Assembly: GCA_030583805.1 (NCBI GenBank)
Contig: CP129476.1
Coordinates: 733,640-797,639, forward strand
DNA length: 64,000 bases
Direction of reading: 5' to 3'
From: Patescibacteria group bacterium
GTDB taxonomy: Bacteria > Patescibacteriota > Patescibacteriia > SG8-24 > DYFX01
Part shown: positions 58,107 to 64,000 of the stretch, piece after piece
How the letters are laid out: each line of letters starts with the position of its first letter
Numbering within the stretch: the first letter of the stretch is position 1
The notes under the pieces: model-generated
The model's database searches: none
The model's input: the letters and a program-made list of their open reading frames with translations, nothing else
What the model was told of the DNA's origin: nothing
Made by a program: the position numbers and the translations under genes

Positions 58107-61100
58107 TTATTCGGGACGTTTCTCGCGCATGGGAATGTCTCGACTGACCACGCCGGCCTCGCCGCCCTTCTTCGTCAGATCAAGCTCATTCGTCTTCGTG
58201 GGCTCGTACCCGGGCTTTTCCACCGTGATGAAGTACTTGCTGCTTCCAACCAGGAAGTTGTAGCGGCCCTTGCTGTCAGCGATACGCGATTCAAGCGTTT
58301 TGTTGTATTGCGTTTCGATGATGCGTGCCACCGCGAACGGAATCGGTCTCTTCGTATGCTCGTCGTAGATGATTCCCCAGTTTTTTGGCCTGGGCGTACG
58401 CGCCAACCGGCGGAAGAGCAGGTAGAGAACGAGCTGCGCGACGACGAGTATATATAGGTATAGGTGTCCGTAGAGCAGCGCGGCGATAAGAGTCATGACG
58501 ACGCTCGAGAATGCCAGCACGTTTTGGACGCGGCGGCCGAGTTCTTCCAGGAACAGCCGGCGCGTGGTTTTGATCATTTCGATCGGATCAAGCGGGACGT
58601 TGGCGGTAATGATTCCGCCCTCGCTGCTCACGACGATCGATTCTCCGTGATACAGATCGAGGAATTGCGCGTCTTCCTTGCGTCCTGTCAGGTATTTTGT
58701 CGGGAAGACATACCCGGGCTTGGTGACTTCAAGGCGGTACTCGCCCGGTTCCACGATGAACGCGTAGCGTCCCTGCTTGTCCGTCACGGCCGTGCGCACG
58801 AGGCGGTTGGTCGTCGTGCGGTAGAGGCGGATAGAGGCCAGGTCGACCGGGAGTTTCGTAAGCGCGTTGTAGACCGTGCCGTATCCCTTGCGCTTCCTGC
58901 GGCCGATCAGCAGGAGCGGCTGCGTCAGGAGGAAGTAGAGGTAGCTCACGATGCTTGTCGCCTGAACGGCCGTGGCGACGACAGCTGTCGTTACGGCGGC
59001 GGCGGCCGGCACGAGGAACTGCGTCGTGGTCGTTTCGACGCGAGGGTCTCTGATGACCTCGTTCGTGAGGATCCTCGTGATGTACTCGCCTTGCGCACCG
59101 AGCGCCTTGGCGATGTTCGCGATGTTTTCCGTGACGGGCGCGCCCGGCACATAGACCTCGGTCACGGACGGCGGCACCGCAATCATCTCGAAGGACGCGT
59201 TCACGACTTCCGTCGCGAGATTGATCGATGCGCTCTCGTACGTGCGATAACCGTCGCGCGTCGCCTGAATGCGGTATTCGCCCGGAGGCGCCATGAAGGC
59301 GTACGTGCCGGCTCCGTTCGTCACGAACGGATTGGCCTGCTGGTACGGCAGCGCATCCCAGTCGATCCAGCTGCCAACGCGTTTTTGCAACTTGACGCTG
59401 ACGCCGGAGAGCGGGACTTGCTGGTCTTCTTGCGCATGCGTGATCACGCCGAGTGGCTCGACGCGGACCCTGATCGCGGCCGTCGCCGTTGCGCCGTCAT
59501 CAAAGATGGCGGTGATCGTTCCCGTGACGGGACCGATCGCAGACGGCGATGTAATGTCGGCGACGTAGCCTTCTTCCGGCACTGACAAAGCCGTGCGTTC
59601 AAGCAGGTACGAGCCGGAAGCGAGGTTGAGGGTGAGCGTCGTGACGTTCCCTGTTACCGCGGCGATCGGAACAAGAACGGTCATCGAGCGGTTCGGCAGA
59701 ATGCGATATTCCCCGCTCGCGTTCTTGTGGAGCTCAAGCGTGCGGCTGAGCGCGAATGCCCGGACGAGGTTCGCGTTGAGCGCATGCGTCGGCGTCGGCG
59801 CGGCGCAGTCGACGGAGCAGCTGAGATAATCCTCGTTTGCATCGCAGATCGCGTTTCCGCAAGAAGGCGGAGGTGCCGCGCAGTCGGCGGGGCAGCTGAG
59901 ATAGTTTTCACCGGCGTCGCAAATTGCGTTTCCGCAGACGGGCGCGGGCGCCGTGCAGTCGGCAGGGCAGCTGAGGTAGTTTTCTCCCGCGTCGCAAATT
60001 GCGTTTCCGCAAGAAGGCGGCGGACCGGACGGAGTACCGGATGCCTGAGCGGGGCCCGAGAAGTTTCCGGAAGTATCCCTGGCGAAGATCGAGTAGTAGT
60101 ACGTCGTTCCGTTGACCAGGCCCGTGTCGTTATAGTTCTGGCCGCTGCCCGTGTAGATCGCCGTCCCCTGTCCTGACGTGGCCGGATATCCCGTAACGGA
60201 GCGTTGAATCTGAACGTTGGAGAAATCCACGTCGCCCGGATTCGTCCAGCTGAGCGCGTTAACGGAATCGCCGGCCATCACCGTGAAGTTGGAAACGGGG
60301 CCTGGCGGCACGGTATCGAACGGCGTGCCGCTGCCGATGGCACCCGACGAGAAGTTGCCGGAATTGTCGTATGCGAACGCCGTGTAGTAGTACGTCGTGC
60401 CGTTCACGAGTCCGGTATCGGTCATCGACGTGCCGATTCCGTCATAGACGTTCGTGCCGGCTGTCGGGCTTGCCGGATGAGCCGTCGTTGAACGCTGGAT
60501 CCTGACGCCGGCGAAGTCCGCGTCACCCGGATTCGTCCAGCTGAGCGCGTTCTGCGCATTACCCGGAGTCACGTTCAAGCTGCTGACGTTCGAAGGCGGC
60601 GTGCTGTCGGCAAGCGTCGTAAACGTCTGGTCGGTCGACGTCGCGCCGTTAAACATCGCGTCGGCCGAGCTCACGCTGAAGTGGTACAGCGTTCCCGCTG
60701 CCAATCCGTTCAACGTGATTTGGTGATTGGCGACCAAGCTTCCGCTCGAAACAACCGCGCCGTAGGAATCGGTGAGGCCATAACGCACTCTCGAGTCTGC
60801 AAGTTCATCCGTCGCCCAGTTAACGCGCGCGGACGTCTGCGTGATCGCGTCCGTGAAAATATTTGAAATCGTCGGAGGAACCGTATCCGCCGTCGTGAAG
60901 GTGAAGTCCCCTGATGATGCAGTGTTGTTGGAAGCGTCCTTCGACGTCGCGCGGAAGTGGTATGTCGTGCTGGGGCTCAAGCCGGAAAGATTCACGGTGT
61001 GCGCATTCGTCATCGTGGCATTCGACGCGTTGCTTCCATACGAAGCCGTGAGACCGTAATCAACGAGCGCGTCGGCGTCCTCGTTCGTGTCCCACGTAAT

Positions 61101-62087
61101 GCGCGCGGTCGTTCCCGTGATCAAAACGGCCTGCACGTTGCTAATCGACGGCGCCGTCGAATCCGGCGTCGTAAACGTGAAGTCGCCCGAAACGGTCTCA
61201 GTCGTACCGACGCCTTGCGAGCGTACGCGGTAGTGGTATGTCGTGCCCGGCGTCAGCCCGGAAAGATGCACGGAATGGTTGAAGGTGTTGCCGGGGGTTG
61301 AGGCATTGCTGCCGTAAGCAGCCGTTAAGCCGTAGTCCACCACGCTCGTTGAAGACACGTCAGTCTCCCACAGAACGTCCACGTCGGTTTCCGTAAGGTT
61401 CAACGTGCGGACGTTCATGATGACCGGCGGGTTCGGCGTGCCGCCTCCGCCGCCGCCTCCGCCGCCGCCGGCAACCTCGGCCGACACCGTCACCTGATCG
61501 TTGTCATTGTTCATCGTGTAGGCGAGGCCGGTATCGCTGAAACCGCCCGCAATGCCCACCGCATGAGCGAAAGCGCCTGAAGGATTGACGATTTGGTTGG
61601 CTCCGGCCCCTCCGGTGGTGGCGTTCAAGCCAATGCGGATACGCACGCAGGTATCGGTCGGGATCTCCCCTGCTGCGGCATCCGTCGGCGGCGTGAAGGT
61701 CACAACCTGCCCAGAAATACCGACGCCCCACGTCGGGCTCGTGCTGGGCGATGAAGCCAGCGTCTTGTCGGTAAACGATCCCGTGCAGTCGTTGGTCGGC
61801 GCGGACGTATCCAGCGCCAGGTCGATGTCACCGACCCCAATCGACGAGAGGTTATAGTCAGACTCGTACGTCACCGTAATGGTGTCGCCTGAACTTTGAA
61901 CACCGGTCGGTGTCACGAATTTGATTTCGTGATCCGCCGACGCATTTACGGCCAACCTGGTCACCAGGACGGAATAGCCGGTAATTGTTGCCGCTCGTGC
62001 AGCAAACGACAACAAAAACACGGCCATGGCCCCGATGAGGACAGGCAGGAACTTGGTTAGATTGTGGGCGCGGCGCTGGGACGACAT
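58107..62087 (-). CDS. large cell-surface protein (about 1,326 aa): signal peptide, FN3-like repeats, three Cys-rich CGNAICDAGENYLSCPADC repeats, three CarboxypepD_reg-like beta-sandwich domains and TM segments
   Basis: Trimmed to the ATG at 62087 (MSSQRRAHNLTKFLPVLIGAMAVFLLSFAARA). FN3-like blocks with TTYHYRV/TTYHFRA/GTLYHFSV and NGTTYYY. Triplicated CGNAICDA(G/N)E(N/D)YLSC. GxYxF...PGEYR...GY motifs three times. Confidence 0.7.
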   Translation of the reverse strand: MSSQRRAHNLTKFLPVLIGAMAVFLLSFAARAATITGYSVLVTRLAVNASADHEIKFVTPTGVQSSGDTITVTYESDYNLSSIGVGDIDLALDTSAPTNDCTGSFTDKTLASSPSTSPTWGVGISGQVVTFTPPTDAAAGEIPTDTCVRIRIGLNATTGGAGANQIVNPSGAFAHAVGIAGGFSDTGLAYTMNNDNDQVTVSAEVAGGGGGGGGGGTPNPPVIMNVRTLNLTETDVDVLWETDVSSTSVVDYGLTAAYGSNASTPGNTFNHSVHLSGLTPGTTYHYRVRSQGVGTTETVSGDFTFTTPDSTAPSISNVQAVLITGTTARITWDTNEDADALVDYGLTASYGSNASNATMTNAHTVNLSGLSPSTTYHFRATSKDASNNTASSGDFTFTTADTVPPTISNIFTDAITQTSARVNWATDELADSRVRYGLTDSYGAVVSSGSLVANHQITLNGLAAGTLYHFSVSSADAMFNGATSTDQTFTTLADSTPPSNVSSLNVTPGNAQNALSWTNPGDADFAGVRIQRSTTAHPASPTAGTNVYDGIGTSMTDTGLVNGTTYYYTAFAYDNSGNFSSGAIGSGTPFDTVPPGPVSNFTVMAGDSVNALSWTNPGDVDFSNVQIQRSVTGYPATSGQGTAIYTGSGQNYNDTGLVNGTTYYYSIFARDTSGNFSGPAQASGTPSGPPPSCGNAICDAGENYLSCPADCTAPAPVCGNAICDAGENYLSCPADCAAPPPSCGNAICDANEDYLSCSVDCAAPTPTHALNANLVRAFALSRTLELHKNASGEYRILPNRSMTVLVPIAAVTGNVTTLTLNLASGSYLLERTALSVPEEGYVADITSPSAIGPVTGTITAIFDDGATATAAIRVRVEPLGVITHAQEDQQVPLSGVSVKLQKRVGSWIDWDALPYQQANPFVTNGAGTYAFMAPPGEYRIQATRDGYRTYESASINLATEVVNASFEMIAVPPSVTEVYVPGAPVTENIANIAKALGAQGEYITRILTNEVIRDPRVETTTTQFLVPAAAAVTTAVVATAVQATSIVSYLYFLLTQPLLLIGRRKRKGYGTVYNALTKLPVDLASIRLYRTTTNRLVRTAVTDKQGRYAFIVEPGEYRLEVTKPGYVFPTKYLTGRKEDAQFLDLYHGESIVVSSEGGIITANVPLDPIEMIKTTRRLFLEELGRRVQNVLAFSSVVMTLIAALLYGHLYLYILVVAQLVLYLLFRRLARTPRPKNWGIIYDEHTKRPIPFAVARIIETQYNKTLESRIADSKGRYNFLVGSSKYFITVEKPGYEPTKTNELDLTKKGGEAGVVSRDIPMREKRPE

Positions 62088-62641
62088 GCGTCGATTTCCA
62101 CAAAGCGCGCAGCATTCGGGCACGACGAAAAACTCCGACAAGGGTCGTGATTGGACAACTCGAAAGGAGCCTCACGCGTTATGGGCGCAAGCCTATTTCC
62201 TTCACGCAGATACGCCTCCCCTTTCCCCGCTGACCACGGGAATTAGGTACTACAAAAACAATTCTGCGAGTAGGAGGCGGGACTCGCGGCCCCGTTCATT
62301 CAGGTCGTCTTTACCTGAACGATTCGCATAGCCACCTTGGTAATCACCCCGTAGTGGATGCGAGAAGAATGCTGCACGATATATTCTCCTCGCACTATGC
62401 AAGGGCATAATACCATAAAATAGGGGAAAAGTCAATCCAAATCTGGGCTAACCTTAGCCTATATATTTCTTTTCCACAGGTCATTTATTTGATATTTCAC
62501 AACTTGTACACAGAAACTCACACTCTATCCACAGAGTTGTGCACAGTTGTGTGTGAGTTGTCTTACTTGTCAAGTATATATTAGACAAGCACCTCTTTTC
62601 TCTAATGTTACCACCCAGGTTTTTTAACGTGGTTTACTTAT

Positions 62642-62655
62642 GTTTCATGTGAAAC
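62642..62655. repeat. palindrome GTTTCA-TG-TGAAAC, copy 1 (arms extend to 8 bp: atgtttca..tgaaacat)
   Basis: Read directly from the sequence. Confidence 0.85.
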
Positions 62656-62736
62656 ATCCACTTTTCTTTATGTGACATGAGGCAATTTTACCTGAGTCTG
62701 AACTTCATTCACTACCGTAGAATGGCCTTAGTGATT

Positions 62737-62750
62737 GTTTCATGTGAAAC
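62737..62750. repeat. palindrome GTTTCA-TG-TGAAAC, copy 2
   Basis: Read directly from the sequence. It lies 95 bp from copy 1. Confidence 0.85.
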
Positions 62751-62840
62751 ACACATACCTAGTATTTCGCGCGACCGTACAAGTTAATTGCTTCCCCAAC
62801 TTCTACAACGTCACATTTGCACGCCAGGGAAGTCAGCACT

Positions 62841-62854
62841 GTTTCACATGAAAC
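62841..62854. repeat. palindrome GTTTCA-CA-TGAAAC, copy 3 (same arms, inverted centre)
   Basis: Read directly from the sequence. It lies 104 bp from copy 2 and 33 bp from the tRNA-Ala 3' end. Confidence 0.85.
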
Positions 62855-62886
62855 AAAACACCCCCGAAAGAATCGGAGGTGCTTTG

Positions 62887-62962
62887 TGGTGGACCAATGG
62901 AGATTCGAACTCCAGACCTCTGCAATGCGAATGCAGCGCTCTACCAACTGAGCTATTGGCCC
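62887..62962 (-). tRNA. tRNA-Ala (anticodon CGC)
   Basis: The reverse complement gives gggccaa-tagctcagttggtagagc-gctgca-ttCGCat-tgcag-...ggttcgaatctcc-attggtcc-a-CCA. G3:U70 is present. Confidence 0.9.
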
Positions 62963-63114
62963 ATGGTTTTACTCACAGTTGAGGACAACATGTGGATGAA
63001 ATGCATCATACACCATGTGTCGCACAATACTTTTTGTCAAAGATAACATGGACAAACATCACTCTAGCAACCACCGAGTGCCCGCAGCCTCCAGGCACAC
63101 GAGGAGGCGGAGGG

Positions 63115-63189
63115 TGGTGCCCCCGGCGTGAGTCGAACACACATCCACCCCTTAGGACGGGGTTGTTCTATCCATTGAACTACAGGGGC
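63115..63189 (-). tRNA. tRNA-Arg (anticodon CCT)
   Basis: The reverse complement gives gcccctg-tagttcaatggatagaac-aacccc-gtCCTaa-ggggt-...gttcgactcacgc-cgggggc-a-CCA. Confidence 0.85.
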
Positions 63190-63280
63190 ATGCTGCCACA
63201 CCGGTGCGGTCGACGCGGCTGGCTGTCGCCTCGTTGCTCGCGCTATAGTATAGGCACGATTTTTTATCTGGTCAATTCCC

Positions 63281-64000
63281 ATGACGACGTTCCTCCTCAT
63301 TGTCGGCCTTGTTCTCCTTCTCGCACTGGCATTCGTGTATTTTGCGCTCTCGAAAAAACTGGATGGACTCGGCGAGCAATCGGCAGCTCGACTGATCAAC
63401 GACAACATCCAGAAGATGAACGATCGTTTGAACGACCGGCTCACGGAAGCAGCCAGGTACATCGGCTCGCTTGGCCAGGAGCTGAAGTCGATGCAGACGA
63501 TCGGCAAGAACATCGAGGACCTTCGCGCCGTCTTCATGAACTCCAAACTGCGCGGCAACTTCGGCGAGCAGGTGTTAAACGACATGCTGACGAACAATTT
63601 CCCGAAGGAGCAGTTCGAGCTCCAGCATAAGTTCCGGGACGGCCAGATTGTTGATGCCTTGATCAAAACGAAGGACGGCGCGATTCCCGTCGACTCGAAA
63701 TTCCCGATCGACAATTTTAGGAAAATGCTGGCTGCGACGACGGAGGAGTCACGCGAGTCCGAGCGGCACGAGTTCAGAAAGGCCGTTAAAAAACATATCG
63801 GCGACGTTGCCAAAAAATACATCTTGCCGGGCGAGGGGACGGCGAATTTTGCCGTTATGTACGTGCCATCCGAGGCGACGTTTTACGAAATCATTTCGGG
63901 CAGCGAGGAGCTGGGGGATTACGCCAAACAGAGCCGGGTCATGATGGTCTCGCCAAACACCATGTCCTACTTCCTCCATATCCTGCGCCTGGGCCACGAG
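63281..64000 (+). CDS. rmuC: DNA recombination protein RmuC, 3'-truncated at the window edge
   Basis: ATG at 63281. N-terminal TM LLIVGLVLLLALAFVYFAL, then a coiled coil and the RmuC core (FNGR...VDALIKT..IPVDSKFP...FAVMYVPSEA...MVSPNT). There is no stop before nt 64000, so it is absent from the ORF track. Confidence 0.8.
   Translation, partial: MTTFLLIVGLVLLLALAFVYFALSKKLDGLGEQSAARLINDNIQKMNDRLNDRLTEAARYIGSLGQELKSMQTIGKNIEDLRAVFMNSKLRGNFGEQVLNDMLTNNFPKEQFELQHKFRDGQIVDALIKTKDGAIPVDSKFPIDNFRKMLAATTEESRESERHEFRKAVKKHIGDVAKKYILPGEGTANFAVMYVPSEATFYEIISGSEELGDYAKQSRVMMVSPNTMSYFLHILRLGHE

Larger units (their letters stand above)
62380..62880. promoter_or_regulatory. AT-rich (~35% GC) intergenic regulatory region upstream of the surface-protein operon
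   Basis: Sharp drop in composition against a ~62% GC background. It contains the three palindromes and the phased direct repeats listed separately. Confidence 0.55.

Overview
This 64-kb window is a high-GC (~62%) bacterial chromosomal segment. Much of it is conserved housekeeping: trmD, a standalone 16S rRNA gene, tRNA-Ile/Phe/Pro/Gly/Ala(GGC)/Ala(CGC)/Arg, mgtC, a crtI-like oxidoreductase, ruvC, yebC, rpoB-rpoC, ftsK, a rodZ-like gene, recA, a SET-domain protein, efp-epmA, rpsF-ssb-rpsR, a class-I RNA methyltransferase, ychF, a rimK-like ligase, a GNAT acetyltransferase and a 5' part of rmuC.

The ORF track counts TTG/GTG starts as M and is full of long antisense ORFs caused by the GC content. 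I therefore called genes from conserved protein signatures, SD sites matching the 16S anti-SD (CCUCC) and terminator hairpins.

The main accessory region is a roughly 24-kb run of minus-strand genes (38.6-62.1 kb). It has a Wzy/O-antigen-ligase-TPR fusion, two paralogous bitopic DUF916/DUF3324-like surface proteins, two paralogous small secreted beta-rich proteins, a ~4,000-aa repeat-mosaic protein and a 1,326-aa FN3/Cys-repeat/CarboxypepD_reg protein. The co-oriented 41.6-62.1 kb block is preceded by a 0.75-kb AT-rich (~35% GC) region carrying three copies of a GTTTCA-NN-TGAAAC palindrome and phased AGTTGTG repeats.

Other points worth a second look are a ~530-nt GC-rich leader or ncRNA with four cUUCGg hairpins downstream of a consensus promoter, a 16S gene unlinked from 23S with a leader/trailer processing stem, an 18-bp perfect inverted repeat after tRNA-Pro, and several lineage-specific hypothetical gene islets.

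No CRISPR array, integrase or transposase was recognised. The lineage cannot be assigned from sequence alone; the unlinked 16S and giant surface proteins are only reminiscent of streamlined Patescibacteria-like genomes.
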